Assembly: GCA_963619535.1 (NCBI GenBank)
Contig: CAVEWV010000003.1
Coordinates: 2,263 to 66,262, forward strand
Source of the DNA: Acutalibacteraceae bacterium
GTDB lineage: Bacteria > Actinomycetota > Coriobacteriia > Coriobacteriales > UMGS124
DNA: 64,000 nucleotides
Reading direction: 5' to 3'
Shown: piece by piece, positions 8,658 through 16,863 of the stretch
How positions within the stretch are numbered: the first letter of the stretch is position 1
Layout: each line of letters starts with the position of its first letter
The notes under the pieces: model-generated
The model's database searches: none
Told to the model about the DNA's origin: nothing
What the model saw: only the letters and a program-made list of their open reading frames with translations
Program-made: the position numbers and the translations under genes

Positions 8658-9580
8658 AGGACGAGCTGTCGCGCGTGACGTGCGGGCCGGATGCCCAGCT
8701 GGCCGAGCTGGCGGCGCTCGTGCGCATCTGCGGCACGCTGTCGCTGTCTGGCTCGCGCAGGTTCCGCCTGGCCCTCACCACCGAGACCGGCTCGGTGGCG
8801 CGCGTGCTCTACACCCTTCTGGGCGGCCCCAGGCCCCTGGAGTGCCAGCTCACCGTGCGGCGCTCCGTGCTGCACAAGACGCGCAACTACCTCATCAGCG
8901 TGCCCGACCAGGAGGGCCTTGAGGAGGCGCTCGTGGAGATGGGCGTGCTCACCGAGCACCTCACCTTGGCCCGCGACATCCCCGAGGAGCTCGTGAGCGA
9001 CAAGGAGCGGGCCTTCGCCTACCTGCGCGGGGCGTTTCTGGCCGGCGGCTTCGTGTCGGAGCCGCACACGGCCGACGCGCATATGGAGGTGGTGGCCCAG
9101 ACGCTCAGCATCGCCGACGGCATCGCCTCGATGTTCGAGCGCGTGGGCCTGCAGGCGCGCGTGGGCAAGCGGCGCGGGTCGTTCGTCATCTACCACAAGG
9201 CGGCCGACGGCATCCAGGAGATGCTGGCCGCCCTGGGGGCGCGGCGCTGCGCGCTCAAGATGGCCCAGGTGCGCGCCGTGCGCTCGGCGCGAAACGACGC
9301 GAACCGCCTGGTGAACGCCGAGCTCGCAAACCAGCGCAAGGCCGCCGAGGCCGCGGGCAGCCAGACGCTGCTCGTGGAGCAGGTCATCGCCGAGGTGGGC
9401 TACGAGCGGCTGCCGCGCGCCCTGCGCGACTTCTGCGACCTGCGCCTGGCCCACGCCGACCTGTCGCTGCGCGAGCTGGGCAAGGCGGCCGACCCGCCGC
9501 TGTCCAAGTCGGCCGTCGCGCACCGCGTGCGCCGTTTGGAGCAACTACTCGCCGAGCAACGGGCGAACGGCGAGGCGTAA
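8636..9580 (+). CDS. whiA: DNA-binding sporulation/cell-division regulator WhiA
   Basis: 314 aa, GTG start overlapping the yvcK end by 22 nt. MSFTAEVKDELSRV N-terminus, LAGLIDADG-like degenerate homing-endonuclease scaffold, C-terminal HTH (LSKSAVAHRVRRLEQL). Confidence 0.9.
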   Translation: MSFTAEVKDELSRVTCGPDAQLAELAALVRICGTLSLSGSRRFRLALTTETGSVARVLYTLLGGPRPLECQLTVRRSVLHKTRNYLISVPDQEGLEEALVEMGVLTEHLTLARDIPEELVSDKERAFAYLRGAFLAGGFVSEPHTADAHMEVVAQTLSIADGIASMFERVGLQARVGKRRGSFVIYHKAADGIQEMLAALGARRCALKMAQVRAVRSARNDANRLVNAELANQRKAAEAAGSQTLLVEQVIAEVGYERLPRALRDFCDLRLAHADLSLRELGKAADPPLSKSAVAHRVRRLEQLLAEQRANGEA

Positions 9581-9651
9581 ACGTTTACAATCTTGCAACC
9601 AACCAATCGGTCTTTTGGGCCTGCGCGGCCCAGACGAAGGAGGATCATCGA

Positions 9652-10674
9652 ATGACGGTCAGAATCGGTATCAACGGCTTCGGTCGCATCGGACGCGTGG
9701 CATTCCGCGCCGCCCTCGACGATCCCGATATCGAGGTCGTGGCCATCAACGACCTGGGCAAGACCCAGGCCATGGCCCAGCTCGTCCGCCGTGACTCCGT
9801 CCACGGCAAGCTCGCCCACACCCTCGAGGTCGACGGCATGGACTTCATTGTCGACGGCATCAAGCGCGTCAAGGGTCTGTCGGCCCGCGAGCCCAAGGCC
9901 ATCCCCGCCCTTCCCTGGGGCGACCTGGGCGTCGACGTGGTGCTCGACTGCACGGGCAAGTTCCGCAGCGCCCCCGAGCTGCGCCGCCACATCGAGTGCG
10001 GCGCCAAGAAGGTCGTGCTGTCCGCTCCCGCCAAGGGCGAGATCGACGGCACGTTCGTCGTGGGCGTCAACGACGACCAGTACGACCCCGCCACGATGGA
10101 CATCGTGTCCAACGCCTCGTGCACCACGAACTGCCTGGCCCCCGTGGCCAAGGTGCTCGTGGACAGCTTCGGCATCAAGCGCGGCTTCATGACCACCGTC
10201 CACTCGTTCACCACCGACCAGCGCCTGCTGGACAACTCGCACTCCGACCTGCGTCGCGCCCGCGGCGCCGCCCAGTCCATCGTGCCCACCACCACGGGCG
10301 CGGCCAAGGCCCTGGGCCTGGTCATCCCCGAGCTCAAGGGCAAGCTCGACGGCTTCTCCGCCCGCGTTCCCACCCCCGACGGCTCCATGGTGGACCTCGT
10401 GGCCGAGCTTGAGCGCCCCGTGAGCGTCGAGGAGGTCAACGCCGCCATGAAGCAGGCCGCCCAGGGCGAGCTCAAGGGCATCCTCGACTACTCCGAGGAG
10501 CCGCTCGTGTCCATCGACGTGGTGGGCGAGAAGTGCTCGAGCCTGTTCGACGCCGGCTGCACCATGGTCCTGGGCGGCCAGGGCGACCTGGTGAAGGTCG
10601 TCTCCTGGTACGACAACGAGATGGGCTACTCCTGCCGCCTGCTCGACCTGGCGAAGATCGTCGCCACCCGCTAA
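9652..10674 (+). CDS. gap: glyceraldehyde-3-phosphate dehydrogenase
   Basis: 340 aa with GAAGGAGG RBS. INGFGRIGR NAD-binding motif and SNASCTTNCLAP catalytic Cys motif. Confidence 0.95.
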   Translation: MTVRIGINGFGRIGRVAFRAALDDPDIEVVAINDLGKTQAMAQLVRRDSVHGKLAHTLEVDGMDFIVDGIKRVKGLSAREPKAIPALPWGDLGVDVVLDCTGKFRSAPELRRHIECGAKKVVLSAPAKGEIDGTFVVGVNDDQYDPATMDIVSNASCTTNCLAPVAKVLVDSFGIKRGFMTTVHSFTTDQRLLDNSHSDLRRARGAAQSIVPTTTGAAKALGLVIPELKGKLDGFSARVPTPDGSMVDLVAELERPVSVEEVNAAMKQAAQGELKGILDYSEEPLVSIDVVGEKCSSLFDAGCTMVLGGQGDLVKVVSWYDNEMGYSCRLLDLAKIVATR

Positions 10675-10887
10675 GCCATCTTGCGGGGTTTGAAAGCGTT
10701 ACACATCGTGCGCCGCACGAGCAGCACATAAGGTGCATGTAAGGCGCCGCTCGTGGGTCCGGCCGGACTCGCGGGCGGCGTTTCGTTTGAACGGCGCCGC
10801 CCCGGCGCGGCGCGCGGCCGCCATGCGGTACAATCCCCGGGCCTACAGTCGCGCCATCGGGCGCATACGAACACGAATCGAGGAAGC

Positions 10888-12081
10888 ATGTCTCACAAGC
10901 GCAGCGTCGCCGACGCAGACGTCGCAGGCAAGCGCGTCATCGTCCGCGTCGATTTCAACGTGCCCGTCAAAGACGGCGTCGTGGGCGACGACACCCGCAT
11001 CCGCGCGGCACTGCCCACCATCGAGCTGCTCCGCTCCCGCGGGGCGCGCGTGGTGTGCATGAGCCACCTGGGCCGCCCGGCCGGCACCGGCTTCGAGGCC
11101 GACTACTCCATGGAGCCCGTCGCGGCCCGCTTCTCCGAGCTTCTCGGCGCCCCCGTCGCCTACGTGCGCGACGTCTGCGGCCCCGAGGCCATCGCCGCCT
11201 CCGAGGCCCTCGAGGACGGCCAGGTGCTCCTCGTGGAGAACCTGCGCTTCGAGAAGGGCGAGAAGAAGAACGACGAGGCCTTCGCCGCCCAGCTCGCCAA
11301 GCTCGGCGACCTGTATGTGAACGACGCCTTCGGCGCGGCGCACCGCGCCCACGCCTCCACGGCCGGCGTGGCAGCCTTCCTGCCCGCCTACGCGGGCCTG
11401 TTGCTGGCCAGCGAGGTGGACACCATCACGGGCATGCTCAACGACCCCGCCCGCCCCTTCGTCGCCGTCCTGGGCGGCTCGAAGGTCTCCGACAAGATCG
11501 GCGTCATCGACGCCCTGTCCGAGAAGGTTGACGTGCTGCTCATCGGCGGCGGCATGTGCTTCACCTTCATGCGCGCCCAGGGCCTGTCCATCGGCTCGTC
11601 GCTCGTGGAGCCCGACTGGGTGGAGCGCGCCGGCGAGATGCTCGCCAAGGCCTCCGAGCGCGGCTGCCGCATCGTGCTGCCCAGCGACTACGTGGTGGCC
11701 GACGCCTTCGCGGCCGACGCGAACACCCAGGTGGTTGACGCCGCCAACATCCCCGACGGCTGGATGGGCCTCGACATCGGCCCGCGCTCCTGCGAGGAGT
11801 ACGCCCGCGAGCTTGCCGGCGCCAAGACCGTCTTCTGGAACGGCCCGATGGGCGTCTTCGAGATGGACGCCTTCGCCGCGGGCACCAAGGCCGTGGGCGA
11901 GGCCATCGCGGCCAACGAGGCCTGCACCTCCGTCGTGGGCGGCGGCGACTCGGCGGCCGCCGTCAAGAAGTTCGACCTGGCGGCCGGCATGACGTTCATC
12001 TCCACGGGCGGCGGCGCCTCCATGGAGCTGGTCGAGGGCAAGGTGCTGCCCGGCGTGGAGGCGATTCCCGATGCCGATTAA
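10888..12081 (+). CDS. pgk: phosphoglycerate kinase
   Basis: An internal ATG at 10888 was chosen (the track ORF starts at 10753). KRVIVRVDFNVPVKDG, NLRFEKGEKKND, GGGDSAAAV motifs. Confidence 0.95.
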   Translation: MSHKRSVADADVAGKRVIVRVDFNVPVKDGVVGDDTRIRAALPTIELLRSRGARVVCMSHLGRPAGTGFEADYSMEPVAARFSELLGAPVAYVRDVCGPEAIAASEALEDGQVLLVENLRFEKGEKKNDEAFAAQLAKLGDLYVNDAFGAAHRAHASTAGVAAFLPAYAGLLLASEVDTITGMLNDPARPFVAVLGGSKVSDKIGVIDALSEKVDVLLIGGGMCFTFMRAQGLSIGSSLVEPDWVERAGEMLAKASERGCRIVLPSDYVVADAFAADANTQVVDAANIPDGWMGLDIGPRSCEEYARELAGAKTVFWNGPMGVFEMDAFAAGTKAVGEAIAANEACTSVVGGGDSAAAVKKFDLAAGMTFISTGGGASMELVEGKVLPGVEAIPDAD

Positions 12082-12874
12082 GCTGGGCCAGCCCCAGGGA
12101 GTCGGCCACAAGGTGGTCGTCGCCGGCAACTGGAAGATGAACAAGACCTACGGCGAGGCCGTGCAGCTCGCCCAGCTCGTGAGCGACCGGCTCAAGCGCG
12201 CCTGGAAGGACGAGGTCGAGGTCGTGCTCTGCCCGCCGGCCACGGCCCTGCGCGGCGTGAGCAACGTGTTCGCGTTCGACAAGTCCTACGCCAAGGTGGG
12301 CGGCCAGGACTGCTCGGCGCACGACTCGGGCGCCTACACCGGCGAGGTCAGTGCCGCGATGCTGGCTGACCTGGACTGCGCCTGGTGCATCGTGGGCCAC
12401 TCCGAGCGCAGGCAGGGCCACGGCGAGACGAGCGAGCAGGTGGCCGCCAAGGCCGCGGCGCTTCTGCGCGCCGGCATCGCCCCCATGGTGTGCGTCGGCG
12501 AGCCCGAGAGCGTCTACGACGCGGGAACCACCTCCGAGTACGTCTCCGAGCAGGTGCGCTCCTCGCTTACCGGGCTCGACCTGCAGGGCCGCGACCTGGC
12601 CGTCGCCTATGAGCCGGTGTGGGCCATCGGCACGGGCAAGGTCCCCACGCCTGAGTACGTGCAGCAGGTGGCCGCCCAGATCCGCGCCTCCGTGGAGGCG
12701 ACCCTGGGCGCCGAGGCGGCCCAGCGCTGCCGCGTGCTGTACGGCGGCTCCGTCAAGTCGGGCAACGCCGCGCTCTTCTGCGCGTGCGACGACGTGGACG
12801 GCGTGCTCGTGGGCGGCGACTCGCTCGACGCCGACAAGTTCGTGGCCATCATCGAGGCGGTGCTGCATGAATAG
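12071..12874 (+). CDS. tpiA: triosephosphate isomerase
   Basis: 267 aa, overlaps the pgk end by 11 nt. VVAGNWKMN, IVGHSERR, AYEPVWAIGTG, LYGGSV motifs. Confidence 0.95.
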   Translation: MPIKLGQPQGVGHKVVVAGNWKMNKTYGEAVQLAQLVSDRLKRAWKDEVEVVLCPPATALRGVSNVFAFDKSYAKVGGQDCSAHDSGAYTGEVSAAMLADLDCAWCIVGHSERRQGHGETSEQVAAKAAALLRAGIAPMVCVGEPESVYDAGTTSEYVSEQVRSSLTGLDLQGRDLAVAYEPVWAIGTGKVPTPEYVQQVAAQIRASVEATLGAEAAQRCRVLYGGSVKSGNAALFCACDDVDGVLVGGDSLDADKFVAIIEAVLHE

Positions 12875-14420
12875 GCTTCCCGCTCTTCTCGTCATCATGG
12901 ACGGCCTGGGCTGGGCCGAGCCCTCCGAGGCCAACGCCGTGAGCCTGGCGGCCACCCCCAACCTCGACGCGCTCATGGCCAGCTACCCCTGGCGCACCAT
13001 CGAGGCGTCCGGCGAGGCCGTGGGCCTGCCCGCCGGCCAGATGGGCAACTCCGAGGTGGGCCACCTCAACATCGGCGCGGGCCGCGTGGTCATGCAGGAG
13101 CTCATGCGCCTCAACCACGCGGTGAGCTCGGGGGAGTTCTTCTCCAACGAGGTGCTCGTGGCGGCGTGCCAGAAGGTGGCCAAGGCCGGCTCCACCCTGC
13201 ACGTGATGGGCCTTCTGTCCGACGGCGGCGTGCACTCCCACATCGACCACTGCCTGGCGGTGCTGGAGCTCGCGGCCAAGCAGGGCGTGAAGCGCGTGCG
13301 CGTGCACGCTTTCCTCGACGGGCGCGACGTGGCGCCGGGCACGGGCCTGGCCTACATCGACAGGCTCTCCGCCGCCTGCGCCAACCTCTCCGAGCGCAGC
13401 GCCTGCGACTGCCGCATCGGCAGCGTGTCGGGCCGCTACTACGCCATGGACCGCGACAACCGCTGGGACCGCGTGAAGCGCGCCTGGGACGCCATCGTCC
13501 TGGGCCGCGGCACCGCCCTGCTGCCGGCGCATCAGGGCGTCCAGGCCAGCTACGACGCCGACATCCTCGACGAGTTCGTGGTGCCCTTCGCCTGCGAGGA
13601 CGCCGGCGTGGTGGACAACGACGCCGTCGTGTTCTTCAACTTCCGCCCAGACCGGGCCCGCGAGCTCTCGCGCGCCTTCACCCAGGCGGACTTCTCCGGC
13701 TTTGAGCGGGGGCGCGCGCCCCGCGTGACGTTTGTCACCATGACGGAGTACGACCCCACGCTCGACGTCGAGGTGGCCTTCCCCAAGGAGAACCCCACCA
13801 ACGTCCTGGCCGACGTGGTGGCCGCCGCCGGCCTGCGCCAGCTCCACACCGCCGAGACGGAGAAGTACGCCCACGTGACGTTCTTCATCAACGGCGGCGT
13901 CGAGCAGGAGAAGCCCGGCGAGGAGCGCGTCCTGGTAGCCTCTCCCAAGGTGGCCACCTATGACCTGCAGCCCGAGATGAGCGCCCCGGAGGTCTCCGAC
14001 AAGCTCGAGGCGGCCATCCGCGCCGACGAGGCCGACGTCTACGTCGTGAACTTCGCCAACCCCGACATGGTGGGCCACACGGGCAGCGTCCCGGCGGCCA
14101 TCCGCGCCGTGGAGGCCACCGACGAGGCCGTGGGCAAGGTCGTGGGCGCCGTGCGCGAGAAGGGCGGCGTCGCCATCATCATCGCCGACCACGGCAACTG
14201 TGACTGCATGTTCACGGTCGACGATGCGGGCCAGCGCCATCCCGTCACCTCGCACACCTGCGCGCCCGTGCCCTTCATCGTGGTGGCCGACGGCGTGGAC
14301 GTGCGCCGCGACTGCCCCGGCGCCCTGTGCGACGTGGCCCCCTCGCTCATCGATCTTGTAGGATTGGAGAAACCGCAGAGCTGGACGGGCACGAGCCTGA
14401 TCGTCCGCAAGGATTCCTGA
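12867..14420 (+). CDS. gpmI: 2,3-bisphosphoglycerate-independent phosphoglycerate mutase
   Basis: Internal ATG at 12867 (ATGAATAG overlap with the tpiA stop). LVIMDGLGW, GQMGNSEVGHLNIGAGR, ADHGNCD motifs. Confidence 0.95.
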   Translation: MNRLPALLVIMDGLGWAEPSEANAVSLAATPNLDALMASYPWRTIEASGEAVGLPAGQMGNSEVGHLNIGAGRVVMQELMRLNHAVSSGEFFSNEVLVAACQKVAKAGSTLHVMGLLSDGGVHSHIDHCLAVLELAAKQGVKRVRVHAFLDGRDVAPGTGLAYIDRLSAACANLSERSACDCRIGSVSGRYYAMDRDNRWDRVKRAWDAIVLGRGTALLPAHQGVQASYDADILDEFVVPFACEDAGVVDNDAVVFFNFRPDRARELSRAFTQADFSGFERGRAPRVTFVTMTEYDPTLDVEVAFPKENPTNVLADVVAAAGLRQLHTAETEKYAHVTFFINGGVEQEKPGEERVLVASPKVATYDLQPEMSAPEVSDKLEAAIRADEADVYVVNFANPDMVGHTGSVPAAIRAVEATDEAVGKVVGAVREKGGVAIIIADHGNCDCMFTVDDAGQRHPVTSHTCAPVPFIVVADGVDVRRDCPGALCDVAPSLIDLVGLEKPQSWTGTSLIVRKDS

Positions 14421-14474
14421 TACAATCACCTGTCGTTTAGCCTTCTGTGATTCATCGTTTCCGAGGAGATCGCC

Positions 14475-14729
14475 TTGAACCCTCTGCTTATCGCGCTCGT
14501 CGTCGTCTGGTTCCTCTCCGGCCTGGGCCTGGTCGCCTTCATCCTGATGCATTCGGGCAAGGGCACCGGCGTCTCCGAGATGATCGCCGGCTCCATGTAC
14601 TCCAACATGGGCGGCACCGGCACGGTCGAGAAGAACCTCGACAAGCTCACGGTCATCTGCGCCATCGTCTTCGTGGCGTGCCTGTTCGTGTTCATGATCT
14701 TCTTCCCCCAGGGAAGCGTCTCGGCCTAA
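14475..14729 (+). CDS. secG: preprotein translocase subunit SecG
   Basis: 84 aa, TTG start with GAGGAG RBS (14463-14468). Two TM helices flank HSGKGTGVS...GGTG. Canonical actinobacterial position after the glycolytic genes. Confidence 0.85.
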   Translation: MNPLLIALVVVWFLSGLGLVAFILMHSGKGTGVSEMIAGSMYSNMGGTGTVEKNLDKLTVICAIVFVACLFVFMIFFPQGSVSA

Positions 14730-14752
14730 GGGCTGCAATCAGAGTGACTTCA

Positions 14753-14789
14753 GAGGTGTCGGCGCCCCACGCGTCGGCACCTCTTTTCG
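14753..14789 (+). terminator. intrinsic terminator after secG
   Basis: 12-bp stem GAGGTGTCGGCG / CGTCGGCACCTC (two G-U pairs), 7-nt loop, then TTTTCGT. Confidence 0.6.
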
Positions 14790-14805
14790 TATGCGAGGAG
14801 AGAAG

Positions 14806-16560
14806 ATGCGCGCAAGCGAGCTGGGTCATGGCAGGCGAAGGGGTCGCGAGGGGGCGGCAGGACCTACGGGGCGCCCCACGCGCCGGGAGGTTCTCGGGGC
14901 GGCGCTGCTGGGGGGATGCGCGGCCCTCATGGGCGGGTGCAGCATCGACGGCGTGCTGCCCGAGCCCATCTCGTCGCTTGCCTCCGGGTCGGGCAGGTCT
15001 GCCATAGACAACGCGGTGTCGCAGGCCCAGGCCGACCGCGTGCTCGAGGGAGGCACGCTCGTGTGCCAGACGGCCGGCGTCTCCACGCTGGACCCGCACG
15101 GCGCCTGGGGCTATTGGGAGCGCCTGGCGTGCCGGTGCGTCTTCGACGCGCTCACCGAGTACGACTTCTCGCAGATGAAGCTCGTCGGCAAGGCCGCCAC
15201 GAGCTGGGAGTCCGACGCGTCGATGCGGCGGATCCTCTTCCACCTGCGCGAGGGCGCGACGTTCCACGACGGCGAGACGGTCACCGCCCAGAACTTCGCG
15301 ATGGCCTGGAACGCCCTGGCCGCGGCGCAGGACGACGTCTCGGCGCGCCTGGCGTCGTGTCTTTCCATGGTGGGGGGATATGAGGATGTCCGCGCGGGCC
15401 GGCAGGGCGCGCAGCTCGACCTGGAGTGCCCCGACGACTACACGTTCGTGGTGAACCTGGCCCATCCCTTCGCCGACTTCGCCTACATCGCCTCGATGAC
15501 CCAGCTCGCGCCCCTGCCCATGCAGGCCTTCGACCCCGAGGGGCGCCTGGTCTCCCGCCCCAGCGGCAACGGCGCCTTCTGCCTGGAGGGGGCCGCCGGC
15601 CAGGGCACGACGCGCCTGGTGGCCAACACGACCTACTGGGGGTCGCAGCCTCACGTGAACGCCGTGGAGCTGCGCGCAAGCGACGACTTCGAGGGGGAGT
15701 GCAAGCGCCTGACGGGGGGCTCCTACGACCTCGTGTACGTCCCGGTGGACCAGGCCGCCCAGATGGAGCAGGCCTGCGGCGCCCCCACCCAGCAGGGACT
15801 CCTCAGCCCCGGCAACCAGGCATGCGTGTCGGGGCTGCGCGTGGTGAGCCTGCTCGTGGCGAACTGCGCGTCGCAGACGTTCTCCTCGGTCGCCGCCCGC
15901 CAGGCCGTGGCATGGGCGCTCGACGCGGCAAAGCTCGCCCGCAAGGTGGGCCTGGACGCCTCCGAGGCGGCCGACAGCCCGCTCGTGCCGTCAAACCTGG
16001 CCTACGAGGCCGGGGTGTGGACGTCGGGCCTCGACGGGTCGGCATGCGCCCAGACGGTCGCCGACACCTGGTCGGGCGCGAACCCCGCCGCCTCGGCGGT
16101 GCTGCTGTGCGACCCGTGCGTGCTGGCCGAGCTCGGCCAGGCCGTCGCGGCCCAGCTCAAGGGCGTCGGCATCCCTGTGAGCGTTGTCACGCCCGGCTGG
16201 GACGAGTACGCCCGCCGCCTGCGCTCGGGCGACTTCGACCTGGCCCTGGTGGCCCACCGCCCGCGCAGCGACGCGGCCGCCATGGAGCTCTTCAGCCTCT
16301 TCTACTCGCAGGGCGACCAGAACCTTTCCCGCTACGCCAGCGACGAGGTGGACGAGGCCCTCGTGCAGGCATGCCAGCTGGGCGACGAGGCCACGCGCCT
16401 GGACGCCCTGCGCGACGTCTCGCGCGTCATCGCCCAGGACAGGCCCGTCGTGCCCCTGCTGTATGCGGCGGGCGGCGTGGCCGTCTCAAGCCGCGTGAAT
16501 GACCTGCCCGTAGGGGCGGACCTGTTCCCGGCATTCGCCTCGTGTTGGCTTTCCGCCTAG
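14806..16560 (+). CDS. ABC-transporter substrate-binding lipoprotein, family 5 (peptide/nickel/opine type), Tat-type signal
   Basis: The ATG at 14806 has a GAGGAG RBS; the alternative ATG at 14791 lies inside the secG terminator. TRREVLGAALLGGCAALMGGCS is a twin-arginine motif plus lipobox. The body is typical of SBP_bac_5. No permease or ATPase genes are adjacent. Confidence 0.75.
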   Translation: MRASELGHGRRRGREGAAGPTGRPTRREVLGAALLGGCAALMGGCSIDGVLPEPISSLASGSGRSAIDNAVSQAQADRVLEGGTLVCQTAGVSTLDPHGAWGYWERLACRCVFDALTEYDFSQMKLVGKAATSWESDASMRRILFHLREGATFHDGETVTAQNFAMAWNALAAAQDDVSARLASCLSMVGGYEDVRAGRQGAQLDLECPDDYTFVVNLAHPFADFAYIASMTQLAPLPMQAFDPEGRLVSRPSGNGAFCLEGAAGQGTTRLVANTTYWGSQPHVNAVELRASDDFEGECKRLTGGSYDLVYVPVDQAAQMEQACGAPTQQGLLSPGNQACVSGLRVVSLLVANCASQTFSSVAARQAVAWALDAAKLARKVGLDASEAADSPLVPSNLAYEAGVWTSGLDGSACAQTVADTWSGANPAASAVLLCDPCVLAELGQAVAAQLKGVGIPVSVVTPGWDEYARRLRSGDFDLALVAHRPRSDAAAMELFSLFYSQGDQNLSRYASDEVDEALVQACQLGDEATRLDALRDVSRVIAQDRPVVPLLYAAGGVAVSSRVNDLPVGADLFPAFASCWLSA

Positions 16561-16617
16561 CGAATGTGTGCTAGATATGGAGAAGAAACCATATCAGCGC
16601 TCTTGGGCCGATTGTGC

Positions 16618-16646
16618 TTGCAAAGGGGCGCGTGTTCCTCTATAGT
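16618..16646 (+). promoter_or_regulatory. sigma-70/SigA-type promoter for tRNA-Leu
   Basis: TTGCAA (16618-16623), 17-nt spacer, TATAGT (16641-16646). Same TTGCNA-N17-TAnAGT layout as the tRNA-Val and tRNA-Gly promoters. Confidence 0.5.
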
Positions 16647-16657
16647 TCTTTCCCGCG

Positions 16658-16706
16658 TTGCAACAACAAGTTGTCAACAACAACGACAACAAGTTGCGAA
16701 TCGCAA
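16658..16706 (+). repeat. CAA-rich, GTTG-punctuated repeat in the tRNA-Leu leader, ending in the palindrome TTGCGAATCGCAA
   Basis: Read directly: GTTGCAACAACAAGTTGTCAACAACAACGACAACAAGTTGCGAATCGCAA. CAACAAGTTG occurs twice. Confidence 0.7.
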
Positions 16707-16794
16707 GTCGGAGTGGCGGAATAGGCAGACGCGCTAGCTTGAGGTGCTAGTGACCTTTACGGTCTTGCGGGTTCAAGTCCCGCCTCCGACACCA
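16707..16794 (+). tRNA. tRNA-Leu (anticodon GAG), CCA encoded
   Basis: Hand-folded. Acceptor GTCGGAG/CTCCGAC, anticodon stem CTAGC/GCTAG with loop TTGAGGT, long variable arm, T-arm GCGGG TTCAAGT CCCGC, then ACCA. Confidence 0.9.
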
Positions 16795-16803
16795 TTGAAT
16801 CCT

Positions 16804-16833
16804 AAAGAGCCCCGCAAGGGGCTCTTTTCGTTT
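16804..16833 (+). terminator. intrinsic terminator after tRNA-Leu
   Basis: Stem AAAGAGCCCC / GGGGCTCTTT with GCAA tetraloop, followed by TTTCGTTT. Confidence 0.6.
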
Positions 16834-16863
16834 ATCAAGTATTCTCGACACAGGGAGGTGCGC

